A stretch of DNA of 64,000 bases from Elusimicrobiota bacterium (GTDB lineage: Bacteria; Elusimicrobiota; Elusimicrobia; UBA1565; UBA9628): contig JAGWUP010000002.1 in assembly GCA_028868375.1 (NCBI GenBank), positions 25,841 through 89,840 on the forward strand. Reading direction: 5' to 3'. How positions within the stretch are numbered: the first letter of the stretch is position 1; each line of letters begins with the position of its first letter. Position numbers and translations under genes: made by a program. Positions 1 to 9,670 of this stretch are shown piece after piece. Under the pieces are notes generated by a model, which saw only the letters and a program-made list of their open reading frames with translations, made no database searches and had not been told where the DNA came from.

Positions 1-2
1 TG

Positions 3-1067
3 ACGGAGGCGGAACTTGAGGGGTTGTGCCTGGCGCCTTTGGACGGCTACCGCCTGGTCTTCGACAACGGGAGGCTGGCCGCGGAGCTCTCGCGCCTGCC
101 GCAAGGCCTGCGCTGCGGCGGCCTGGCCGACGAGATCGACGAGGCGCTGCTGTTGGGCCCGGAGGAGGCCGGCTTCGGCGCTCTGGCGGCGGCGCGGTTT
201 TGCGACGGGCCCTACGTCGTCATTCCCAAGGGGATGAAGCTCGACGCGCCGCTGCACGTCGTCACCGTGGCCACCTCCGCGGAGGAGCAGCCGCGGGAGG
301 CGCATTACCGGGGCGTCGTGGTCCTGGAGCCGGGCGCCGAGGCCGTGATCGTCGAGGAGGCGGTCGGCCGCGGCGGCGGAGAGTTCTTCACCAATTCCGT
401 GACCCGCTGCGAGCTGGCGGAGGGCTCCAGGCTGGAGCTCTACAGGCTTATGCGCGAGACGGAGCCGCTGGTCAGCGTCCACGGCTTGCGCGCCCGGCTC
501 GGCCGCGACGCCGGACTGCGCAGCCATGTCGTGGGCCTGGGCGGCGCCTTGGCGCGCTGCGACGCCGACGTCGTCCTGGCCGGGGAAGGCTGCGAGGCCG
601 AGCTCAACGGCCTCTACCTGGCTTGCCGTCGGCAGCACCTTGATTTCCACACCCGCGTCGTCCACGCGGTGCCGCGCGGCAGGAGCCGCGAGCTCTACAA
701 GGGAGTCCTGGACGGCCAGGCGCGCAGCGTGTTCGACGGCTTGGTCGAGGTCCTGCCCGGCGCCCAGAAGACAGACGCCCACGTCTACAACAAGAACCTG
801 CTGCTCTCGGAGGGCGGGCTGGCCCACACCAAGCCGGAGTTCAAGATCCACGCCAACGACGTGCAATGCAGGCATGGCGCCACAGTCGGGCAGTTGAGCG
901 AGGACGCCCTGTTTTACCTGCGCTCGCGCGGCGTCGGTACGGCCCAGGCGCGCAGCCTCCTGGTCTACGCTTTCGCCAGCGAGATGCTGGGACGCATGGC
1001 GCTGACGAAGGTGCGCGAGGCGCTGGCTCGCCGCATCGAGGCCGCTTCGGGCCTGGAGGGGGCATGA
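3..1067 (+). CDS. sufD: Fe-S cluster assembly protein SufD (5' end outside window)
   Basis: Frame is open to the window edge. C-terminal KPEFKIHANDVQCRHGATVGQL..LFYLRSRG block is typical of the SufB/SufD family. ATGA overlap with sufS. Confidence 0.85.
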   Translation, partial: TEAELEGLCLAPLDGYRLVFDNGRLAAELSRLPQGLRCGGLADEIDEALLLGPEEAGFGALAAARFCDGPYVVIPKGMKLDAPLHVVTVATSAEEQPREAHYRGVVVLEPGAEAVIVEEAVGRGGGEFFTNSVTRCELAEGSRLELYRLMRETEPLVSVHGLRARLGRDAGLRSHVVGLGGALARCDADVVLAGEGCEAELNGLYLACRRQHLDFHTRVVHAVPRGRSRELYKGVLDGQARSVFDGLVEVLPGAQKTDAHVYNKNLLLSEGGLAHTKPEFKIHANDVQCRHGATVGQLSEDALFYLRSRGVGTAQARSLLVYAFASEMLGRMALTKVREALARRIEAASGLEGA

Positions 1068-2299
1068 TCGACCTGGACAAGGTCCGCGCCGATTTTCCGA
1101 TCCTCGCGCGCCGCGTGCGGGGCAAGCCCCTGGTCTATCTCGACAACGCGGCGACGAGCCAGAAGCCGCGCCAGGTGATCGCGGCCCTGGTGGACTTCTA
1201 CCAGAACCATAACGCCAACATCCACCGAGGGGTCCACACCCTCTCCGACGAAGCCACGGCGCTGGTGGAGGAGGCGCGCCGGAAGGTGGCCGCCTTCATC
1301 CGCGCTCCCAAGCCGGAGACGATCGTCTTCACGCGCAACGCCACGGAGTCGATCAACCTCGTCGCGCGCAGCTGGGCCGCGGCCAACGTCCGCGCGGGCG
1401 AGGAGATCGTGCTGACGGAGCTGGAGCATCACTCAAATCTCGTGCCCTGGCAGCAGCTCTCCGCCGAGCGCGGCGTCGTTTTAAAGTTCGTTCCCATCCT
1501 TGCCGACGGCACTCTGGACCTATCCGCGCTGCCCGCCCTCCTGGGCCGCAAGACCAAGCTGGTCTCCTTCACCGCCGCGTCCAACGCCCTCGGCACCTTG
1601 GTCCCCGTCGAGGCGATCATCCGGGCCGCGCGCGCCGTCGGGGCCCGCGTCCTGGTGGACGCCTCGCAGTGGGCCCCGCACCGGCAGCTCGACGCGCGGG
1701 CCTGGGACGCGGATTTCATCGTCTTCTCGGCCCACAAGATGCTGGGGCCCACCGGAATCGGGGTGCTCTACGGCCGCGAGGAGCTGCTGGCCGAGATGCC
1801 GCCGTTTCTGGGCGGCGGAGACATGATCTCGCGCGTGACGCTGCGGGGGTTTGCGCCGAACGTCCTGCCCCATAAGTTCGAGGCGGGAACGCCGAACATC
1901 GCCGGGGCGGCGGCGTTCGCGGCGGCGCTGGACTACCTGGGCGCGGTGGGGCTTTCGCGGATAGTCGAGCACGAGCGCGAGCTCACCCGCCGCGCGGTCA
2001 AGGCCCTCTCGGCCGAGCCCGGAGTGACGGTTTACGGCCCGGACGACCTGGCTCGACGCGGCGGCGTCGTCTCCTTCAACGTCGAGGGGCTGCATCCCCA
2101 CGACGTCGGGACGGCGCTGGACCTGGAGGGAGTGGCCGTGCGCGCTGGCCACCACTGCTGCCAGCCGCTGATGGCGCGGCTGGGGGTCGGCGGCACCGTG
2201 CGGGCCAGCTTCTACCTTTATAATAGCAGCGAGGAGGTCGATCTTCTCCTTGCGGCGCTGAGGAAGGCGATCTCCTTCTTCCGCCCGGCGGCGGCCTAG
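1064..2299 (+). CDS. sufS: cysteine desulfurase, SufS type
   Basis: MIDLDKVRADFPIL..YLDNAATSQKP..NIHRGVHTLS..FSAHKMLGPTGIGVLYG..RAGHHCCQPL motifs. The start was chosen at the ATG overlapping the sufD stop. Confidence 0.95.
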   Translation: MIDLDKVRADFPILARRVRGKPLVYLDNAATSQKPRQVIAALVDFYQNHNANIHRGVHTLSDEATALVEEARRKVAAFIRAPKPETIVFTRNATESINLVARSWAAANVRAGEEIVLTELEHHSNLVPWQQLSAERGVVLKFVPILADGTLDLSALPALLGRKTKLVSFTAASNALGTLVPVEAIIRAARAVGARVLVDASQWAPHRQLDARAWDADFIVFSAHKMLGPTGIGVLYGREELLAEMPPFLGGGDMISRVTLRGFAPNVLPHKFEAGTPNIAGAAAFAAALDYLGAVGLSRIVEHERELTRRAVKALSAEPGVTVYGPDDLARRGGVVSFNVEGLHPHDVGTALDLEGVAVRAGHHCCQPLMARLGVGGTVRASFYLYNSSEEVDLLLAALRKAISFFRPAAA

Positions 2300-2301
2300 C
2301 G

Positions 2302-2781
2302 ATGGAAGGCGATAGCGAGCTGCGGGAGCTCTATCGGGAGGCGTTGCTGGACTATTCCCGGGATCAGGCGCGCCGGGGAAGGCTGGAGCCCGCGGACATG
2401 CGCGCGCGCGGCCTCAATCCCGTCTGCGGCGACGAGATAGAGCTGACGATGAGGTCCGGCCCGGACGGCCGCATCGCCCAAATTCGCTTCACCGGGCACG
2501 GCTGCGTCATCAGCCAGGCCTCCTCGGCGATGATGGCCGAGGCTCTGGAGGGCCAAACCCCGGAGCGGGCCGCCTCGCTGCTCGAGGCTTTCAAGGGCAT
2601 GATGCTGCGCGGCGCGCCGGCGGCTTTACTGCCGCAGGAGCTGGAGGCGGTGGGCGCTTTGGAGGGGGTGCGCCGCTTTCCGACGCGCGTCAAATGCGCC
2701 ACGCTGGCTTGGAACACCCTCCAGCAGGGCTTGGCCCGGCGGAGCGGCGGAGCGCAGGCGGATTTCGAGGAGGTGGAATAG
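2302..2781 (+). CDS. sufU: SufU/IscU-like Fe-S scaffold (sulfur acceptor)
   Basis: LYREALLDYSR, NPVCGDEIEL, FTGHGCVISQASSAMM and KCATLAW motifs. Lies directly after sufS. Confidence 0.85.
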   Translation: MEGDSELRELYREALLDYSRDQARRGRLEPADMRARGLNPVCGDEIELTMRSGPDGRIAQIRFTGHGCVISQASSAMMAEALEGQTPERAASLLEAFKGMMLRGAPAALLPQELEAVGALEGVRRFPTRVKCATLAWNTLQQGLARRSGGAQADFEEVE

Positions 2782-2782
2782 A

Positions 2783-3103
2783 GTGGCGACGTTCAAGCAG
2801 ATCGGCGAGGCGCTGCAGCCGGTCTACGACCCGGAGATACGCATCAGCATCGTCGACTTAGGATTGATCTACGGGGCCGAGCTCAAGGACAGCGAAGCGG
2901 GGCCCGGGCAGTCCGTGCTCGTCAAGATGAGCCTGACCTCCCCGGCTTGCCCCTACGGGCCGATGCTCCTGGCCTCCGTCCACGGAGCCTTGGCGAAGGT
3001 CCCCGGCGTGCGCGACGTCGACGTCGATTTGTCGTTCTTCCCTCCCTGGGACCCGCGGACGATGGCCAGCGAGGAGGCGAAGGACCAGCTCGGGATCTAC
3101 TGA
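2783..3103 (+). CDS. DUF59/SufT-like Fe-S assembly protein
   Basis: VYDPEIRISIVDLGLIY and LTSPACPYGP motifs (MIP18/DUF59 family). GTG start. Confidence 0.8.
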   Translation: MATFKQIGEALQPVYDPEIRISIVDLGLIYGAELKDSEAGPGQSVLVKMSLTSPACPYGPMLLASVHGALAKVPGVRDVDVDLSFFPPWDPRTMASEEAKDQLGIY

Positions 3104-3564
3104 TGAAAATCACCAGCTCCATGGAGTACGCGGCGAGGTTGATGACGGGCTTGGCTCGCTGCGAGGGCCGCTCCGTGACCGCCGAGAGCCTTTCCGTCTC
3201 GGAGAACGTCCCCGCCAACTACGTCAACCAATTGCTGCTGCGCCTCAAGCGCGCGGGGCTGCTGCGCAGCCATCGTGGCAGCGGCGGCGGCTATGCCCTC
3301 AGCCGGCCGGCCGCGCAGATCACCCTGGGCCAGGTGCTGCGGGCCGTGGAGGGCGATCTCTTCGAGGACGTCTGCGGCAAGTACACGGGGCTTAAGAAGG
3401 ATTGCCGCCGCCAGGGCCGCTGCGGGCTGTCCCCGGTCTGGCAAGGGCTGGGAGAGCTCATCGAGGCGTATTTCGAAGGCATCACCCTGGCCCGCTTGCT
3501 CGAGGAAAGCGAGGGCTGCGCGCGGACGGCGTCGTTGATCGCGCTGGCGGCCCGGGAGAGCTGA
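3103..3564 (+). CDS. Rrf2-family transcriptional regulator (IscR/SufR-like, three-Cys cluster motif)
   Basis: MKITSSMEYAARLM..VPANYVNQLLLRLKRAGLLRSHRGSGGGYALSRP winged helix, plus VCGKYTGLKKDCRRQGRC. The internal ATG overlapping the upstream stop was chosen as start. Confidence 0.85.
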   Translation: MKITSSMEYAARLMTGLARCEGRSVTAESLSVSENVPANYVNQLLLRLKRAGLLRSHRGSGGGYALSRPAAQITLGQVLRAVEGDLFEDVCGKYTGLKKDCRRQGRCGLSPVWQGLGELIEAYFEGITLARLLEESEGCARTASLIALAARES

Positions 3565-3565
3565 T

Positions 3566-3796
3566 ATGTCGGTGAGAGAGAAGGTCGAGAAGGTGATCGA
3601 GAAGGTGCGCCCCTTCATCCAGTCGGACGGCGGCGACATCACGCTGGTCGATGTCCACGAGGAGACCGGGATCGTCGAGGTGCGCCTCTCGGGGGCCTGC
3701 CACGGCTGCCCCAGCGCAGCGGCCACGCTTAAGAGCGGCGTCGAGCGCATGGTCAAGCAGGACGTGCCGGAGATCAAGGAAGTCGTGACGGTTTAG
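3566..3796 (+). CDS. NifU C-terminal-domain (Nfu-type) Fe-S carrier
   Basis: IEKVRPFIQSDGGDITLVDV and LSGACHGCPSAAATLK (CxxC) motifs. Confidence 0.85.
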   Translation: MSVREKVEKVIEKVRPFIQSDGGDITLVDVHEETGIVEVRLSGACHGCPSAAATLKSGVERMVKQDVPEIKEVVTV

Positions 3797-3804
3797 GACC
3801 TGCG

Positions 3805-4620
3805 TTGCGCCTGGACTTGCACACTCATTCCCATTATTCGGACGGGACCTGCGCCCCGGCGGAGGTCGTGCGTCGAGCCAAGGCCTCCGGGGTGGAGCTG
3901 CTGGTCCTGACCGACCACGACAGCGTCTCCGGGTTCGGCGAGGCCCGGGAGGCCGCGCGGCGGCAAGGTATCACGACGCTCTGCGGCATAGAGATCAACA
4001 CCGCCCATCCGGGCGGCGTGCACATCCTGGGCTACGGGCTGCGCTGGCGAGACCCCGCTTTTCTGGAGCGGCTGGCGGCCTTTCGGGAGCGCCGCCGCGC
4101 CCGCGTGGAGCGCATCGTCGAGGCGCTGCGCCGGCTGGGGCTTTCGATCCGCCTGGAGGACGTCGTCGCTCAGGGGCGCGAGGCGCTGGGGCGCCCGCAC
4201 GTAGCCGATGCGTTGCGACGCGGGGGCTTCGTGGCGAGCCGGCAGGAGGCCTTCAACCGTTTCTTGGCTCGGGGCAAGCCCGGCTACGTCGGCTCCGCCG
4301 GGCCCAGCCCCGAGGAAGCCATCGCCTTGATCCGCGGGGCGGGGGGCTTCTGCAGCTTGGCCCACCCGGAGACCGTTTCCGAGGAGGGCTTGCTGGCCGG
4401 CTGGAAGGAGGCCGGTTTGGAGGGCCTGGAGGCCTACTACGGTTCGCATCGCGCCTCCCAGACGGCCCGCTACCTGCGGCTGGCCTCCGATTTGGGGCTG
4501 CTGGCCACCGGCGGCAGCGATTTCCACGGCCCCGGCAGCGGTCGGGACAAGCCGCTGGGGGTGGAGGTGCCCGACGAGGTTCACGGCCGCTTCATGGAGC
4601 GCTTGAGCCGATGCTGCTGA
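3805..4620 (+). CDS. PHP-domain phosphoesterase (TrpH/YciV-like)
   Basis: LDLHTHSHYSDG, LVLTDHDSVSG and GGSDFHG motifs. TTG start. Confidence 0.8.
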   Translation: MRLDLHTHSHYSDGTCAPAEVVRRAKASGVELLVLTDHDSVSGFGEAREAARRQGITTLCGIEINTAHPGGVHILGYGLRWRDPAFLERLAAFRERRRARVERIVEALRRLGLSIRLEDVVAQGREALGRPHVADALRRGGFVASRQEAFNRFLARGKPGYVGSAGPSPEEAIALIRGAGGFCSLAHPETVSEEGLLAGWKEAGLEGLEAYYGSHRASQTARYLRLASDLGLLATGGSDFHGPGSGRDKPLGVEVPDEVHGRFMERLSRCC

Positions 4621-5315
4621 TCGCACATCGCGGAGCCAGCGGCTACGCTCCCGAGAATACCCTGGCCGCCTTCCGCCTGGCCCTGGATTTGGGAGCGCGG
4701 GCCGTCGAGCTCGATATTCACCAGACGCGGGATGGAGAGCTGGTCGTCATTCATGACGACGACCTCAAGCGCGTGGGGCGGCTCAAAGCCCGGATCGCCG
4801 AGCTGAGCGCCGGGGAATTGGCAGCCGTCGACGTGGGCTCCTGGTTCTCGCCTCGCTTCGCGTCCGAGCGCGCGCCGACCCTCTCTCAAGCCATGGATCT
4901 CGTCGCGGGCCGCGCCGAGCTGCACGTGGAGCTCAAGCATGGAAGCCGCCGCTACCCGGGCATCGAGCGCAGGCTGGTCGAGTTGATCGAGCGCCGCGCG
5001 GCCTGGAAGGAGACGCTGATCTCCAGCTTCGATCATCCCGCCCTCTTCGCCGTGCGGGCGTTGGACAAGCGGGCGCGGATCGGCTATCTTCTGGGCTTGA
5101 CCGGCATGCGCAAGGCCTATCGCGAGATGAGGGCTCTCGGCGCCGAGAGCCTGAACTTAAGCCTGCGCCAGGCCGGCGCGGACTTGGCGCGGAAGCTCCA
5201 CGCGCGCGGCCTCAAGGGCCTGGTCTACACGGTCAACACGCGCGAGCAGCTCTCGCGCGTGGCGAGCCGGGGCTACGACGGGGCGTTCACGAATTTTCCG
5301 GATCTCAAGCCATGA
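4611..5315 (+). CDS. glycerophosphodiester phosphodiesterase
   Basis: IAHRGASGYAPENTLAAF, VELDIHQTRDGELVVIHDD and VYTVN motifs. Confidence 0.85.
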   Translation: MLLIAHRGASGYAPENTLAAFRLALDLGARAVELDIHQTRDGELVVIHDDDLKRVGRLKARIAELSAGELAAVDVGSWFSPRFASERAPTLSQAMDLVAGRAELHVELKHGSRRYPGIERRLVELIERRAAWKETLISSFDHPALFAVRALDKRARIGYLLGLTGMRKAYREMRALGAESLNLSLRQAGADLARKLHARGLKGLVYTVNTREQLSRVASRGYDGAFTNFPDLKP

Positions 5316-6352
5316 CGGAGAGCGTTCCCGAGCCGACGCCGCGGCAGCTGGAGGCCGAGGCGGATCGCCTGGCCGAGAAGGGCCTGGCGGATCTCGGCTA
5401 CGGCCAGCAGGAGCTGGAGCGCTGCGCCAGGCTGACCTGGAAGATCAACGCCCTAAAGAAGCTGCGGCGCGCGGTGATCCCGGCGCATGTCTACCAGCGG
5501 GCCGAGATCATCCACGGGGTCTCCGACTTCGTCGGCGACTCCTACGCCTTGTCCAAGCGCTGCGCCAAGACCTCCGCCAAGACGATCGTGTTCTGCGGGG
5601 TGCGCTTCATGGCCGAGACGGCCAAGATACTCAATCCCGGCAAGGAGGTGCTGCTGCCGGCTCCGGAGGCCGGCTGCTCCCTGTCGGAGAGCATCACCGC
5701 GGCCGACGTGCGGGCGCTCAAGGCCGAGCATCCCGGCCTGCCGGTCGTCACCTACATCAACACCTCCGCCGCGGTCAAGGCGGAGTCGGACGTCGTCGTC
5801 ACCTCCGCCAACGCGGCGACGATCCTGCGCGCTCTCTACGCGCGCCATCCCAGCCTGATCTTCATCCCGGACGAGTTGATGGCGACCAATCTCGCCAAGG
5901 AGCTCGGCAAGAGGCTCGGCGTCGAGATGATCCTGTGGAAGGGGCGCTGCATCGTCCACGAGAACTTCGACGCCTCCTCGGTGGCGCTCTACCGCAAGCT
6001 CTATCCCGGCGTGCAGATCCTGGCCCACGCCGAGTGCAGCCCCGCCCTGGCCTCCGCGGTCGATTTCGTGGGGGGAACCGGCGACATGATGCGCCTGGTG
6101 GAGCGCACGCGGGCGCGCTATTACATGCTGGTCACCGAGTGCGGCCTGGGGGATTTGGCGCGCTCGCGCTTCCCGCGCAAGGCCTTCGTGCCGATGTGCC
6201 GGCTGTGCCCCTACATGAAGTCCGTGGGCTTGGAGCAGGTGCTGCGCGCCTTGGAGAGGCCGTCGCCCGCCCAGCGCGTCGAGCTTCCGGCGGAGATCAT
6301 CGCGCGCGCGCGCAAGCCGATCGACGCGATGTTCGCCCTGGCCGAGGCCTAG
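5312..6352 (+). CDS. nadA: quinolinate synthase
   Basis: AHVYQRAEI..VSDFVGDSYALS..FCGVRFMAETAKILNP..YINTSA..HAECSP..CRLCPYM motifs. Confidence 0.9.
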   Translation: MTESVPEPTPRQLEAEADRLAEKGLADLGYGQQELERCARLTWKINALKKLRRAVIPAHVYQRAEIIHGVSDFVGDSYALSKRCAKTSAKTIVFCGVRFMAETAKILNPGKEVLLPAPEAGCSLSESITAADVRALKAEHPGLPVVTYINTSAAVKAESDVVVTSANAATILRALYARHPSLIFIPDELMATNLAKELGKRLGVEMILWKGRCIVHENFDASSVALYRKLYPGVQILAHAECSPALASAVDFVGGTGDMMRLVERTRARYYMLVTECGLGDLARSRFPRKAFVPMCRLCPYMKSVGLEQVLRALERPSPAQRVELPAEIIARARKPIDAMFALAEA

Positions 6353-6369
6353 AGGCTTGGCCTAGGCCT
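6345..6369. terminator. hairpin spanning the convergent nadA and htpX stop codons
   Basis: AGGCCTAG / CTAGGCCT 8-bp stem with a 9-nt loop. No U-tract on either side. Confidence 0.35.
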
Positions 6370-7264
6370 GTCGCTTGAGGGCCTCGATGCGGGCCTCCAG
6401 CGGAGGGTGCGTCGAGTAGATAAACTGGAGGATCCCGTGGCCGTGCCCGTCGATCTTGAAGGCGGAGACCGAGGGGGCGCGGTCGTCGCGCAGGCGCGGG
6501 CCGGCGCGCAATTGCTCCAGCGCGTGGATCATCGTCTCCCGCCCGGTCAGGCGGGCGGAGCCGGCGTCGGCGCCGTACTCGCGACGGCGCGAGTACCAAT
6601 AGATGATCGGGGAGGCCAGCAGCATCAGCACGCTTTCAAGCGCCATTACCAGGATGTACTGGGCGAAGAACCCCAGGCCGCCGCGCTCGTCGCTGTCGCT
6701 GCTCACGGCCTGCTCGATGAGGACCATGATGATGCGGGAGGCGAAGACGACGAAGGTGTTGACGACTCCCTGCAGCAGGGTCATCGTGACCATGTCGCCG
6801 TTGACGATGTGGGAGATCTCGTGGCCTAGCACTCCGTCGATGGCCTGGTCGTCCATGCGGTTGAGCAGGCCGCTCGAGATGGCCAGCAGGGCCCGGCGCC
6901 TGCTGGGGCCGGTGGCGAAGGCGTTGACCTCGGGGCTGTCGTAGACGCCGATCTCGGGCAGGGTCTCCAGGCCGGCGGCCTGGCAGAGGCGCTGCACGCG
7001 CGCCACCAGGCTGGCCTCGAAGTCGCCGCCCGGATTGTGAGGGTCGATCAGCCGCACGCCCAGCCCCCTCTTGGCCATCCAGCGCGACATCTGCAGGGAG
7101 ATGAAGGCGCCGGTAAATCCGACGATGGCCGAGAAGACCAGCAGGGCGTGGTAGTCGATGCCGCGCGCCGTCATGTAGGGGCGCGCGCCCAGCACGTCGA
7201 TGAGCACGGAGATTACGACGACGACCAGGATGTTGGTCAGCAGAAACAGCATGAATCGCTTCAT
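6362..7264 (-). CDS. htpX: zinc metalloprotease HtpX
   Basis: N-terminal TM helices and HEISHIVNGDM zincin motif. ATG at 7264 is preferred over the TTG at 7270. Confidence 0.9.
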   Translation of the reverse strand: MKRFMLFLLTNILVVVVISVLIDVLGARPYMTARGIDYHALLVFSAIVGFTGAFISLQMSRWMAKRGLGVRLIDPHNPGGDFEASLVARVQRLCQAAGLETLPEIGVYDSPEVNAFATGPSRRRALLAISSGLLNRMDDQAIDGVLGHEISHIVNGDMVTMTLLQGVVNTFVVFASRIIMVLIEQAVSSDSDERGGLGFFAQYILVMALESVLMLLASPIIYWYSRRREYGADAGSARLTGRETMIHALEQLRAGPRLRDDRAPSVSAFKIDGHGHGILQFIYSTHPPLEARIEALKRQA

Positions 7265-7287
7265 GGCCAATATTATACCATTGCCCC
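7265..7287. promoter_or_regulatory. 23-nt divergent htpX/pruA intergenic region with shared AT-rich -10 block
   Basis: Minus strand TATAAT (7277-7272) lies 7 nt before the htpX ATG. Plus strand TATTAT (7271-7276) lies 11 nt before the pruA ATG. Confidence 0.45.
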
Positions 7288-8946
<1,659 letters not shown>

Positions 8947-8975
8947 TTCCCGGGAGTGCTCCGCGCTCTCGAGCC

Positions 8976-9004
8976 TTGATAAAACACCCCTTCAGGGTTA
9001 GACT
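8976..9004 (+). promoter_or_regulatory. promoter TTGATA-N17-TAGACT
   Basis: Lies upstream of the 174-aa secreted protein gene. Confidence 0.5.
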
Positions 9005-9061
9005 TGTGAACAGGCGATCCGTGCTAAAGGAATACTGCCGTTACGACTGGAGCGGGCATTT

Positions 9062-9586
9062 ATGAATGCACCAAAAACGACGGCCTTCGCCCTCGCCGCG
9101 CTTTGCGCTGCCCTTGCCTGCGCAAGCGCGGCCCAGCCCAAACGCCCGAAACTCGCGCTGTGGGGCGTTGGCGCGCTGAGCGCGGACGCGCCGCGCGTGC
9201 AGGTCCAGCATTCCGTTCCCGGGATGCTGGATGCCAGCGGATCGATAAGCGTGCAGGCCGCGTTCGATCTTCCCGAGCGCAACGGCTACTCGGCCCATGT
9301 CTGGGTCGGCGGGCCGGCTCGTTTCGACGTGGCATATCTGGCACCGACAGACACCCTGGAATACAAGGCCGTCATCAAGGGCAACGCCAACGTGTTCAAG
9401 AACGGCAAGCTCGCCTGCCACCTCACGGAAGTCGGGGCTCTAGCCAGCATCAAACTCAAGTACCTGGGCGTCTCGGGCCGGCCCAGCCGCGAGGATTTCG
9501 AAAACATCCAAACCGCAGAGTTCGTCGCGGGCAAAGCGAAGATCTACTTCGTTCTTCCGCCAAATTGCCAGAGACCGGCCGACTGA
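9062..9586 (+). CDS. hypothetical secreted protein (174 aa)
   Basis: Signal-peptide-like N-terminus MNAPKTTAFALAALCAALACASAAQ. Upstream promoter TTGATA-N17-TAGACT. No family recognised. Confidence 0.6.
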   Translation: MNAPKTTAFALAALCAALACASAAQPKRPKLALWGVGALSADAPRVQVQHSVPGMLDASGSISVQAAFDLPERNGYSAHVWVGGPARFDVAYLAPTDTLEYKAVIKGNANVFKNGKLACHLTEVGALASIKLKYLGVSGRPSREDFENIQTAEFVAGKAKIYFVLPPNCQRPAD

Positions 9587-9670
9587 CCAGGACCGATAAA
9601 CAACGCCGACGATCCCAGCCGGTCTTTAAAGCTTAGGCGGAATCCGTGCGCCGGGGGCGGTGGTCTGAGG

